Part shown: piece by piece, positions 9,786 through 19,047 of the stretch
Layout: each line of letters begins with the position of its first letter
Numbering within the stretch: position 1 is the stretch's first letter
Origin: Thermoproteota archaeon
GTDB lineage: Archaea > Thermoproteota > Bathyarchaeia > Bathyarchaeales > Bathyarchaeaceae
Length of the DNA stretch: 64,000 nt
Direction of reading: 5' to 3'
Assembly (NCBI GenBank): GCA_042565955.1
Contig: JBHORG010000008.1
Location: 1,258-65,257 of the forward strand
Program-made: the position numbers and the translations under genes
Notes under the pieces: model-generated
Seen by the model: the letters and a program-made list of their open reading frames with translations, nothing else
What the model was told of the DNA's origin: nothing
Database searches by the model: none

Positions 9786-10295
9786 TTATGGCAGAAGTTT
9801 ATTCAGTAAACTGGTTAGTTTTTTTCCTGTTTGTTTGAGTTTTGTGGTTAGTCCTTCTCCGAAGCTGGTGTCCTGTGGCTGGATTATGAGTAGGGCAATT
9901 TTAGCGGCTGTGGTTTGTGTGAGGTAATCGCAAAAGATTCTTAGGGGCAAAGTGTGGGTTGAAATTGATGTTTTTCTTATTAATTGGGCGTGGTCTGCAA
10001 GTTGTGGGGTTCCGGCTGGTTTGTTTATTATGCCTGCGTCAATGAGCAGAATGTGTGTGGGCTTAAAGTCGGTTATTTTTTGCATATAGCTTTCCGGGAT
10101 GGTTTCTGCTTCAATGAGGTAAACGGAACCTGAAACTTTGTTTTTTAGGTTTCTCACGATTTCTACTCCAACAAAGTCGTCTCTCCGAAACGGATTTCCG
10201 ATACCAGCAACAACGACTTTCTGTGCACCAGAAAACCAGTCATTTAGAGAAGATTCGATGTCAACAGTTTGTATCCCAGAACCAGCCATGCCCAC
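9786..10295 (-). CDS. [NiFe]-hydrogenase maturation endopeptidase (HycI/FrhD/HybD family)
   Basis: 169 aa with the family motifs VAGIGNPFRRDDFVG ... LLIDAG ... STHTLPL. Confidence 0.8.
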   Translation of the reverse strand: MGMAGSGIQTVDIESSLNDWFSGAQKVVVAGIGNPFRRDDFVGVEIVRNLKNKVSGSVYLIEAETIPESYMQKITDFKPTHILLIDAGIINKPAGTPQLADHAQLIRKTSISTHTLPLRIFCDYLTQTTAAKIALLIIQPQDTSFGEGLTTKLKQTGKKLTSLLNKLLP

Positions 10296-10416
10296 TCAAC
10301 CCGATCATAATATTGGAAAGGTCAAGAGAAACACTTAAAACTTCTAGTTGTTTGGGTTTTCCAGAAAAGGGTAGTTTTCAACAATGAAGTAATATTGTTC
10401 TGCTATTATGATACGA

Positions 10417-11295
10417 TTATTTGCTGTTTAGTATTTTTGTTGCGTCTACTCTCAGTTCGTTTAGCGCCATTTCTTTTGGTGTGAAACCCATTGCTAGTCC
10501 TAGTAGTTGTGGGTAATGGATTACTGGTATTCCGAATTTTTCGCTTAGTAGTCGTTCTATTCTTGATTGGTTGATATCAAACATCATGTGACAGAAGGGA
10601 CAGACAGTAATCAGTGCATCTGCTTTTACAGCTTTAATGTTACGAAGCTTATCTCCAGCCAGATACAATGGAATCTTATCATTCACTCCAATAATCGGAG
10701 CTCCACAGCAGTCGGTCTCATACAGGTAATCTAGGCATTCTGATCCAGTTGCTTCAATTAGCCTCTTTAACAATACTGGATTCTCTGGATCATCAAAGCC
10801 AATATACTTTGCAGGACGTAAAACGTGGCAACCGTTATGCTCAGCCACCTTCAAGTCAGCTAGAGGCTTCACAACTGTCTCCTTGATTTTGTCTAAACCA
10901 ATGTCTTCGGAGAGTGCCTGAATAAGATGGCGAACCCTGATTTTTCCTCCTTCCACGTGCATGCCAATCTCATTAAGAAAACCGTTGATGTGTTCTTTGA
11001 GCTTCTTGTCTTCTTGAAGTTTCATGTTCACTTTATGTATAGTTCCAGCGCATCCCGGACACAAAGTAAGTATGTCCAAACCTTTCTGCTCCGCCAGACA
11101 AAGATTCCTAGAAGCCAATACCAACATCGCATCATGATCCACTGAATCAAGAGGCAAGCCACAGCAGTTGAACTCTGGCATCTCAACAATCTCAACACCT
11201 AACCGCTCTAACACCTTGCGAGCGGAAACCTCGTAGCTTGGCATCCTGTAAGGAATAGCACATCCAAGAAAGAGAAGATAGCGTAAACCAGCCAT
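10417..11295 (-). CDS. hdrB: heterodisulfide reductase subunit B-like (two CCG domains)
   Basis: 292 aa with two CCG motifs (EFNCCGLP, ETDCCGAP), each followed by CPxC-type cysteines (CPGCAG, CPFCH). Confidence 0.85.
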   Translation of the reverse strand: MAGLRYLLFLGCAIPYRMPSYEVSARKVLERLGVEIVEMPEFNCCGLPLDSVDHDAMLVLASRNLCLAEQKGLDILTLCPGCAGTIHKVNMKLQEDKKLKEHINGFLNEIGMHVEGGKIRVRHLIQALSEDIGLDKIKETVVKPLADLKVAEHNGCHVLRPAKYIGFDDPENPVLLKRLIEATGSECLDYLYETDCCGAPIIGVNDKIPLYLAGDKLRNIKAVKADALITVCPFCHMMFDINQSRIERLLSEKFGIPVIHYPQLLGLAMGFTPKEMALNELRVDATKILNSK

Positions 11296-11299
11296 CTGA

Positions 11300-11845
11300 T
11301 TATCTGTTCTCCTTTTTTATCACCTTAGAAATAGCCAAGACATTAAACAGTTTAGCCACATCATTCTTATTGGCTTTTGGTAAAACAGGTAGTCCTCTTT
11401 CTATTCGCTTCTTTAGGCGCAACGCAGGAATCCGATACGCATAACCAGTCTTCAAAATATTACTAGTCAACTCGCTAAAAACAGGAGGAAGAATACCCTC
11501 AGTTACAGCCATATTCCTAAGAGCCCTCAAAACAGCTGCAATATCCACACCCTGAGGACAATGATCGACACAAGTAAAACATGCAGCACACAACCACAAA
11601 GCCTCACTACCAAGAACCCTATCTTTCATACCTAGCTGCGTCATTCGCAAAAACTTCCTAGGATGATAAATATCACTAAACCGAGCTATAGGACAATCCG
11701 CAGTACAAGTACCACACTGAAAACACAACCGCAATTTCTCAAAACATGGAACCTTACGTAAATTACGTTTAAACTTGGGATCAAAATCCCCCATCTTAAC
11801 TTCTCTATTAGATTTTTCAGGAGCAACGTTCTTTTCAGACATCAA
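11300..11845 (-). CDS. hdrC: heterodisulfide reductase subunit C-like (2x 4Fe-4S)
   Basis: 181 aa with CFQCGTCTADCP and CAACFTCVDHCP. It ends 4 nt before the hdrB start. Confidence 0.85.
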   Translation of the reverse strand: MMSEKNVAPEKSNREVKMGDFDPKFKRNLRKVPCFEKLRLCFQCGTCTADCPIARFSDIYHPRKFLRMTQLGMKDRVLGSEALWLCAACFTCVDHCPQGVDIAAVLRALRNMAVTEGILPPVFSELTSNILKTGYAYRIPALRLKKRIERGLPVLPKANKNDVAKLFNVLAISKVIKKENR

Positions 11846-11940
11846 CCAAACCTCGCGGCCAAAACGAAGGTTCCCTGCTTTTTGTCAGAGAGTAAATCAG
11901 ATTAAAAGAGTTGCTAATAAACAATACGAAATAAATAACA

Positions 11941-11970
11941 AACAAAAAAAGAAAGACGGAAAAAAATTCC
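11941..11970 (-). terminator. oligo-T tract pair after the nfnB-like gene (possible archaeal terminator)
   Basis: Two A7 runs on the + strand, which are T7 runs on the coding strand, within 40 nt downstream of the stop at 11983. Confidence 0.35.
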
Positions 11971-11982
11971 GCTAATCTGCTT

Positions 11983-13389
11983 TTATGCGTTCTTCTTTTT
12001 TAGGATGTACTCGTGAATTCCACGAGCAGCCTTCTTTCCTGCACCCATAGCACTGATAACAGTAGCCGCACCGCTAACAACGTCCCCACCAGCATAAACT
12101 CCCTTCTTTGTACTCTCGCCTGTCTCCTCTTGCACAACAATAGTACCCCACTTGGTAGTCTCAAGACCTTCAGTTGTCCTCTGAATAAGAGGATTGGGAG
12201 TCTGCCCAATCGCAATAATCGCAGTATCAACATCCATGAGAAACTCGGAGCCCTCGATAGGAATTGGTCTTCTTCGACCAGAAGCATCTGGCTCACCAAG
12301 TTCCATCTTGATGCACTCCATACCATTTACCCAGCCGCTCTCGTCACCAACAAACTTCACTGGATTAGTCAGAAGTCTAAAAATGATGCCTTCTTCCTCA
12401 GCATTCTCCACTTCCTCCTCACGGGCAGGAAGCTCATCTCTAGACCTGCGATATACAATATAGACTTTCTCTGCGCCTAACCTCAAAGAACAGCGCGCAG
12501 AATCCATAGCAACGTTACCACCGCCAATGACAGCAACCGTTTTGCCAATCCTGATAGGTGTATCATACTCCGGAAACAGATAACCCTTCATCAAATTAAC
12601 CCGAATCAAAAACTCGTTAGCAGAATAGACTCCACCCAAGTTTTCTCCCGGAATCCTCATGAAACGAGGAAGACCAGCACCGCTACCAACAAAGATTGCA
12701 TCAAAACCGTCAGCAAACAGCTCATCAATAGTAAAGATTCTTCCAATTGTATAATTGGTTTTAACATCAACACCAAGTTTCTTAATGTAATTAACTTCAG
12801 CCTGCACAATCGCTTTTGGCAAACGGAACTCAGGAATACCATACATCAAAACGCCGCCAGTAGAATGCAGAGACTCAAACATCACAGCTTCATGACCCTG
12901 CTTAACCAACTCCGCGGCGGTTGTAAGACCTGCAGGTCCAGAGCCCACAATCGCCACTTTTCCAGTCACTGAGACTTTTTCTGTCTCAGGAACAGTAACG
13001 CCCTGTGCACGTTCATAATCAGATGCAAACCGCTCTAGCCTACCAATAGAAATGGGATCACCCATCTTACCAATAACACAGAACTTTTGACACTGGTTCT
13101 CCTGAGGACAAACCCGTCCACAGACAGCCGGCAAACTGTTCTTCTCTTTCAACTTACCACTTGAAGCAAGAAAGTTACCTTCCTTAATCTCCTTAATGAA
13201 AGCAGGAATATCAATATCTACTGGACATCCTTTTACACAAAGAGGATTAGGACACTGCAGACACCGTTCAGCCTCAGCCATAGCTTGCTCTTCAGTGTAA
13301 CCTAAAGCTACTTCATAGAAGTTATGAATCCGATCCAAAACATCCTGTTTTGCCATCGGAGCTTGATGCTTTCTCTTTTCTTTATCCAC
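11983..13389 (-). CDS. GltD/SudA/NfnB-type NAD(P)H-dependent FAD oxidoreductase with N-terminal Fe-S clusters
   Basis: 468 aa with Cys clusters CLQCPNPLCVKGCP and CGRVCPQENQCQKFC, plus two dinucleotide folds (VAIVGSGPAGL, VAVIGGGNVAMD). Confidence 0.9.
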   Translation of the reverse strand: MDKEKRKHQAPMAKQDVLDRIHNFYEVALGYTEEQAMAEAERCLQCPNPLCVKGCPVDIDIPAFIKEIKEGNFLASSGKLKEKNSLPAVCGRVCPQENQCQKFCVIGKMGDPISIGRLERFASDYERAQGVTVPETEKVSVTGKVAIVGSGPAGLTTAAELVKQGHEAVMFESLHSTGGVLMYGIPEFRLPKAIVQAEVNYIKKLGVDVKTNYTIGRIFTIDELFADGFDAIFVGSGAGLPRFMRIPGENLGGVYSANEFLIRVNLMKGYLFPEYDTPIRIGKTVAVIGGGNVAMDSARCSLRLGAEKVYIVYRRSRDELPAREEEVENAEEEGIIFRLLTNPVKFVGDESGWVNGMECIKMELGEPDASGRRRPIPIEGSEFLMDVDTAIIAIGQTPNPLIQRTTEGLETTKWGTIVVQEETGESTKKGVYAGGDVVSGAATVISAMGAGKKAARGIHEYILKKKNA

Positions 13390-14215
13390 GCTTTATGCCT
13401 CCTAGTTTCTCATGAATCATAGAAGCCATTCTCTCCTCAGGTAAGTAAACACGTTGCCGTTTGACAAGTTCCTCAAAATCTACCTCAAGCCCATTAAACT
13501 CGGGACCATCCATGCAGGTAAACTTTGTTTCACCATCAACAGTCACACGACAGGCACCACACATGCCCGTACCATCAACCATCAGCGACGCTAAAGTAAC
13601 CATTGTCTTCAAGTTATAAGGACGAGTAAGGTCAACCACCTTTTTCAACAATGAAACAGGCCCCATAACCACTACATGATCAAACTTCTGAGTTTTAAGA
13701 ACATCAGCCAAAAAGTCCAGACCCTCAGATCCTTTAGAGCCATCATCAGTAGCAACATAGAACGCATCACTGAGTGCTTTCAATTCTTTCTCGCAAACCA
13801 AATCGTCCTTGGTTCTACCCGCCGCAACAATAACAAGCTTATTTTTGTTTTCACGAAAAGCATTAGCCACATAATACAATGGGGCACACCATACTCCACC
13901 GCCAACAAGCAAAACCCTACCAAAATTGCCGACATCAGCAGGGTTTCCTAACGGACCAGAAAGATCCATAATAGACTCACCTGCATTTATTTTCGCCAAC
14001 TTCTTTGTGGTTCTACCAACCGCATGAAAAGCAGTAGTCACTGTTCCCTTTTCAAGGTCAACGCCTGCTATTGTCAAAGGAATACGTTCTCCTTTATCGT
14101 CGAGGCGCAAAATCACGAACTGACCAGGACGTGATTTCTTGGCTACATCTGCAGCAGCAAGCTCAATCAAGTATATGTTTGAGGCAAGTTCTTTTTTAGT
14201 AACTATTTCATACAT
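13382..14215 (-). CDS. PyrK/SudB/NfnA-type FAD/NAD(P)-binding subunit with C-terminal 2Fe-2S
   Basis: 277 aa with a ferredoxin-reductase fold (RPGQFVILR, LLVGGGVW) and the C-terminal motif GTGMCGACRV...C. It overlaps the downstream gene by 8 nt. Confidence 0.85.
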   Translation of the reverse strand: MYEIVTKKELASNIYLIELAAADVAKKSRPGQFVILRLDDKGERIPLTIAGVDLEKGTVTTAFHAVGRTTKKLAKINAGESIMDLSGPLGNPADVGNFGRVLLVGGGVWCAPLYYVANAFRENKNKLVIVAAGRTKDDLVCEKELKALSDAFYVATDDGSKGSEGLDFLADVLKTQKFDHVVVMGPVSLLKKVVDLTRPYNLKTMVTLASLMVDGTGMCGACRVTVDGETKFTCMDGPEFNGLEVDFEELVKRQRVYLPEERMASMIHEKLGGIKRG

Positions 14216-14233
14216 TCAACATCACGTCCACAT

Positions 14234-15454
14234 TTAGGTGCTTTTGTCCTCCGGTGTAGGAATAGAAGAAATCTTTTTCTTAAACTCCTCGATTTTCGCC
14301 GTGAATTCTCCAGGATACTTGGGACTAACCCGGAAGGATTCGAAACGATCTTCTAAGTTATACTGCTTAAGAACTGTCTTTAGAGCAGAGAAGTTACGTT
14401 CTCCCAAATATGTTCCTTCCTCGAGCTTACAAAGTTCTTCTGGACAGATAACTGCCATAACCCCATCAAAACCTAAGCTTAATGCCTCCAGAACAAGAAC
14501 AGGATCAAAGCCCTTGGCGCATGGAAGCTCAATGATTGTTATGTCATCTGTAAGGCAGCCTTTTTGCACATCATCCAATGTAGAAAACTCGGACCATTGA
14601 CAAACAAAGAGCAAGATAGCAGATTTGCCCTGAGCTTTAGCTTTAGCGGCTTTGCCACTGCAGTTTTTGATAATCTCGGATAAAGGCTCAAACTCATAGC
14701 CTCTAAGCTCTATGGCTTGATTTGGACAAACAAGAGCACAAGCTCCACAACCCATACAATCTTCAGTTTTAATTTCTGGAGTACTAACATCTTTCCAGAC
14801 TATAGCGTCATAGGGACAGATGAAAACACATTTGCCACAACCAACACATTTCTCTGTATCATAAACGGCCTTCAAAGAATTCTTCTTAATAACTAGATTA
14901 TTGGGGTCGTAACCAAGCACCTTCACGGTGTCTTTCATTAACTCAAATCTGTTGATCCCAATTTTGCTTCCATTCTTAAATCTGCAAAAATCTTCCTCAC
15001 ACTGCAGAACCAAGATTTTCTCGGTACCTGATGCCAAGTTGTTTAGATAGAGTTCGAGAGGAACTCGTCCAACACAAGGCAAACGGAGGGAAACATAGTT
15101 TTCCACATTTTCGTCTTTAAGGGTCTCTTCTATATCGAATGTGACAGGATTGCTGCCCCTACAGGACAAAACAAGAGTTTTTGCTCCTTTCTGAGCCATC
15201 TCAGTCTGGACTTTCTTGGTCAGCGAGTCAACATTATAGTATACTAGGTCTATTGCTGACAGTGGACAAGCGGTTACACATAATCCACAAACCCGACATT
15301 GTTCCAAGTCCAAAATGATTTTGTTCTCTTCTTCGTCCTTTGAGATAGATTCAAAGGGACAAACTGCAATACATATTCCGCAGCGGCTACAATAGTCGTC
15401 TGCGATTTCTATTCCAGCGGTTCGACATGTTTCAACAGTCATCTTGCTCTCCAC
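14234..15454 (-). CDS. polyferredoxin fused to two MvhD/FlpD-type domains
   Basis: 406 aa with four CxxCxxCxxxCP motifs in two pairs. Each pair is followed by an MvhD-like segment (LVLSCRG...LRLPCVGRV...LVLQCEEDFCRF, and LLFVCQWSE...IELPCAKGF...MAVICPEELCKL). Confidence 0.8.
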   Translation of the reverse strand: MESKMTVETCRTAGIEIADDYCSRCGICIAVCPFESISKDEEENKIILDLEQCRVCGLCVTACPLSAIDLVYYNVDSLTKKVQTEMAQKGAKTLVLSCRGSNPVTFDIEETLKDENVENYVSLRLPCVGRVPLELYLNNLASGTEKILVLQCEEDFCRFKNGSKIGINRFELMKDTVKVLGYDPNNLVIKKNSLKAVYDTEKCVGCGKCVFICPYDAIVWKDVSTPEIKTEDCMGCGACALVCPNQAIELRGYEFEPLSEIIKNCSGKAAKAKAQGKSAILLFVCQWSEFSTLDDVQKGCLTDDITIIELPCAKGFDPVLVLEALSLGFDGVMAVICPEELCKLEEGTYLGERNFSALKTVLKQYNLEDRFESFRVSPKYPGEFTAKIEEFKKKISSIPTPEDKST

Positions 15455-15475
15455 TCAGAAGCCATTTTTTTCCTG

Positions 15476-15492
15476 AAGTATTGAGAATACTT
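15476..15492. repeat. perfect 7-3-7 inverted repeat AAGTATT-GAG-AATACTT
   Basis: Read from the sequence, about 22 nt upstream of the start of the 14234..15454 gene in the divergent region shared with hypF. It could be an operator or a 5'-UTR hairpin. Confidence 0.25.
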
Positions 15493-15700
15493 TCCTTCTT
15501 GACATCAAACTTAAAGTTTTCTCTTAACTCGATGTATAATCACTGAAATTTAGCATAAGAGGACTACTGAAATCCGAGCTATCTCTGAGAAGTCAAACAG
15601 CATCATCAACCTGAACAGGTTATTCTTATGTAGAAAGTATCTCTTTATTAGTAGCGTAATGAAAGATGTTTTTTTGGTTTAGAGGGAGTTAGGCTAGCCT

Positions 15701-17971
15701 TTGCGCGTCGAAATTGTGGTCAGTGGCATAGTTCAGGGTGTGGGTTTTCGTCCATTTATCTATCGGATAGCAATAAAAAATAGGCTCGTAGGTTACGTAC
15801 GAAACAGAGGAGATGCTTTTGTCGAGATATTTATAGAAGGAAACAAAAACAGTGTTACCCAGTTCCTCATGGACTTACAGGAACAGAAGCCTCCTTTGGC
15901 GCAAATTTACAACATTAAAACAGACTATAAGGTAAAAGATGAGGGTTTCAACGAGTTTAGAATCATGCAAAGCTTGGGTGAGACAAAATTCTCAGGGGCA
16001 GTTATACCGCCTGATGTTTCGATCTGTGATGAATGTTTACTGGAACTTCGGGACCCCAAAAACAGACGCTTCAACTACTTTTTCATAACCTGCACGGATT
16101 GCGGTCCCAGATATACAATAATCAATAGGCTTCCCTATGATAGACCGAACACTTCAATGAAAGAGTTCCAGATGTGCAACGTTTGTACCAAAGAGTACGT
16201 CGATCCTCTTAACCGCAGATTCCACGCCCAGACCATTGCTTGTCACAACTGTGGACCAAAAATATTTCTTACCTCAAACAAGGGAGACCCAATAGAGTCA
16301 GAAGACCCAATTAGAGAGACAGGTAGGCTTCTAGAGGAAGGCAGTATTGTTGCGATAAAGGGAAATGGGGGCTTTCATGTTGCAACAGCCACAACTAAAG
16401 CAGAACCTGTTGCCAGACTAAGAAAGAACAAACATAGAAATCAAAAACCCTTCGCCATAATGGCTCCAGACCTAGAGATTGTGCGATCTTTTGCTGAAAT
16501 TAAGTCGTGGGAAGCTGAACTATTGACTTCTTATCGTAAACCCATCATATTGCTTAAAAAAAACAAAAACTACTACCTTTCGGATTTGATTTCTCCAGGG
16601 CTATACAGCATAGGCGTGATGCTTCCAAACACCGGATTACATACAATGCTCTTTGATAAAGTTCAGGAGCCTGCCTTTGTTATGACCAGCGCAAACCCGC
16701 CCAGTGAACCCATCTTGACTGAAAACAAAAAGGCAATAAACAAGTTAGGCTCCACAGTTGACTATTTTCTGTTACATAACCGACCAATAGCCCAGAGGTG
16801 TGATGACTCGGTTGTCCGCTTCCACGATAAAGACCTGTGTCTGATTCGTCGTTCAAGGGGATATACTCCCGAGCCAGTTCAGATTAAACAGTTTTCCGAC
16901 CGTTGCGTCTTAGCGGTAGGAGGCGAACTCAATGTCACATCATGCATTTTAACAGAGAACAAGGCATTCATTTCCCAGCACATAGGAGATGTAGAGAATC
17001 TTGAGAATCTAAAGTTTCTAAAAGATTCGATAGACCACCTGACAAAATTAACCAATTGTAAAGTAGAGGCTGTGGCGTGTGATCTTCATCCTAGATTCAC
17101 TACGACAAAACTGGCGAAAAAAATCGGAAACAATCTTGATTGTCCAGTCATTCAGGTCCAGCATCATCATGCTCACGCTAAGGCGCTTATGGCAGAGTGG
17201 AACGTAGGTGAAATGATTGCCATTGCATGCGATGGCTTTGGCTATGGCTCCGATGGATCAGCTTGGGGCGGAGAAGTCCTCTATTGTAACAAAGAAGGAT
17301 TCAAACGGCTTGGTCATCTTGAGAAACAGTCCATGGTTGGAGGGGACTTGGCAACTTATCACCCGTTACGAATGGCCGCTGGAATACTCCATGGAAAAGT
17401 GGATTTTACAGAATGGTTACTCACAAAGAATCTTCATTTGCCTCATGGTAGAAAGGAAATGGAATTGATAATTAAGCAGTTAGAAAAAAACTCTGCACCA
17501 GAGACCACAAGCTGTGGAAGAGTGCTCGATGCGATTTCAGCAATCCTGGGAATATGTTATGAACGCAGTTATGAGGGCGAGCCAGCAATGAAACTGGAAT
17601 CTACCGCAATGAAAGGCAAAGACAAACTAAACCTGACGCCCCGTTTTGATGGAAAAGTTTTGGATACCACATTTCTTGTTCATGAAGTTTTTATAAATAA
17701 AAACAAAGTTTCTGTAGCAGATTTGGCTTCTTCAACTCAGTCATATCTTGGTAGGGGATTAGCAGAGCTTGCGATAAAGGAGGCAGAGCTACTACAAGTC
17801 AAGCATGTTGGTTTCTCGGGTGGAGTAGCCTACAACGAGTATATGACTGCAACAATCAAAAAAATGGTTGAAAAAGAGGGGCTCAAGTTTCTTGTCCATA
17901 ACAAAATCCCAGCAGGAGATGGAGGAACCTCTTTCGGACAAGCCATTGTAGGAGGCTTCCAGAAGAACTAA
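15701..17971 (+). CDS. hypF: [NiFe]-hydrogenase maturation carbamoyltransferase HypF
   Basis: 756 aa with a TTG start. Domains: acylphosphatase (VQGVGFRP), two zinc-finger CxxC pairs, and YrdC-like and Kae1-like domains. Confidence 0.95.
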   Translation: MRVEIVVSGIVQGVGFRPFIYRIAIKNRLVGYVRNRGDAFVEIFIEGNKNSVTQFLMDLQEQKPPLAQIYNIKTDYKVKDEGFNEFRIMQSLGETKFSGAVIPPDVSICDECLLELRDPKNRRFNYFFITCTDCGPRYTIINRLPYDRPNTSMKEFQMCNVCTKEYVDPLNRRFHAQTIACHNCGPKIFLTSNKGDPIESEDPIRETGRLLEEGSIVAIKGNGGFHVATATTKAEPVARLRKNKHRNQKPFAIMAPDLEIVRSFAEIKSWEAELLTSYRKPIILLKKNKNYYLSDLISPGLYSIGVMLPNTGLHTMLFDKVQEPAFVMTSANPPSEPILTENKKAINKLGSTVDYFLLHNRPIAQRCDDSVVRFHDKDLCLIRRSRGYTPEPVQIKQFSDRCVLAVGGELNVTSCILTENKAFISQHIGDVENLENLKFLKDSIDHLTKLTNCKVEAVACDLHPRFTTTKLAKKIGNNLDCPVIQVQHHHAHAKALMAEWNVGEMIAIACDGFGYGSDGSAWGGEVLYCNKEGFKRLGHLEKQSMVGGDLATYHPLRMAAGILHGKVDFTEWLLTKNLHLPHGRKEMELIIKQLEKNSAPETTSCGRVLDAISAILGICYERSYEGEPAMKLESTAMKGKDKLNLTPRFDGKVLDTTFLVHEVFINKNKVSVADLASSTQSYLGRGLAELAIKEAELLQVKHVGFSGGVAYNEYMTATIKKMVEKEGLKFLVHNKIPAGDGGTSFGQAIVGGFQKN

Positions 17972-18113
17972 AATAGGGGAAAAATCGAGTTTGATAATTT
18001 TTTTAGTCAAGTTTAGGGGTAGAGTAGAAAAAACCAATAGGTTAAATAAACGGGGAAATCAGACATTTTTTAGAATCATAGAAAATGAACTTTCCGAATA
18101 ATGGTGAGAGAAT

Positions 18114-18338
18114 TTGTGTCTTGCGATTCCCGCAAAGGTTCTTGAAGTTAATGGTGATGTTGCTAAGGTAGATTTTGGACAGGGAGTTGCCCGGGAAGTA
18201 AATGTTATGCTAGTAGAAGCAAAAGTGGGTGAGTATGTGATGGTTCATGCTGGATATGCAATCGAAACGTTAGATCAAGAGGCTGCTGAAGAAAGCCTAA
18301 AGACGTGGCGAGAAGTCCTAGAGCAAAGTGAAAGTTAA
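18114..18338 (+). CDS. hypC: hydrogenase assembly chaperone HypC
   Basis: 74 aa beginning (M)CLAIPAKV with the essential Cys2. The TTG start is forced by an in-frame TGA three codons upstream. Confidence 0.9.
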   Translation: MCLAIPAKVLEVNGDVAKVDFGQGVAREVNVMLVEAKVGEYVMVHAGYAIETLDQEAAEESLKTWREVLEQSES

Positions 18339-18351
18339 GATGTGAATAGTC

Positions 18352-19029
18352 TTGGCGAACACAAAGGACATTATCAAAGGTGAAGAAGTAATACTCAATA
18401 TAGAGCCCGGAATGAATATTCTGGAAGTCAACAAACAGCTTGCAGAAAAGAACCTGAAACTTCTTCAGAAGCATAATGTACAAGCCATTGACATTATGGG
18501 TTCTATAGGTGCAGGAAAAACCAGTCTAATAGAAAAAATTGTTCAGAAACTAAAAAAGAGATACAGAATAGCAGTTTTCAAGGGCGATTTAACCACAACC
18601 ATAGATGCTGAGCTTATTGGACGTCATGGAGTTCAGGCCATTACAATCAACACTGGACGAGAATGTCATTTGGACGCGAATGTTGTTGCTCGGGCTATGG
18701 ATAGAATAAGCCTAGATGATATTGATTTACTGATTATAGAGAATGTTGGCAACCTTATTTGTCCAGCCGAGTTTCCTTTAGGCACACACAAGCGGGTTGT
18801 TGTTGTAAGTGTCACCGAGGGCCCATACATGATTGTTAAGCATCCATTCACATTCATGAATGCCAACGTGATGGTCATTAACAAGAAAGATCTAGCCGAA
18901 ACAATGAAGATAAGTCCCAAACAACTAGAAAGACAAGTTAAAGCAATCAAGCCAGACATTAAGGTTTCATTCACCAATGCGCTAAACGGGGAAGGCGTTG
19001 AAGAACTAATCAAGGCACTAGAACTGTAA
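18352..19029 (+). CDS. hypB: hydrogenase nickel-incorporation GTPase HypB
   Basis: 225 aa with a P-loop (GSIGAGKTSL), the CH motif region and NKKD. Confidence 0.9.
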   Translation: MANTKDIIKGEEVILNIEPGMNILEVNKQLAEKNLKLLQKHNVQAIDIMGSIGAGKTSLIEKIVQKLKKRYRIAVFKGDLTTTIDAELIGRHGVQAITINTGRECHLDANVVARAMDRISLDDIDLLIIENVGNLICPAEFPLGTHKRVVVVSVTEGPYMIVKHPFTFMNANVMVINKKDLAETMKISPKQLERQVKAIKPDIKVSFTNALNGEGVEELIKALEL

Positions 19030-19047
19030 TTCTGGGAGAATAGAAAC

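Noticed and set aside
10417-10503. An apparent 1-nt offset when I hand-translated the last ~25 codons of hdrB. My reading of ...GTCCTTAGTAG... near 10498-10503 gives Arg where the track gives Gly.
   Set aside because: The ORF track gives a continuous 292-aa HdrB with a sensible C-terminus, and flanking coordinates agree with the track. I attribute the offset to my own base-reading error, not to a frameshift. It does show that my hand-derived coordinates can be off by about 1 nt.
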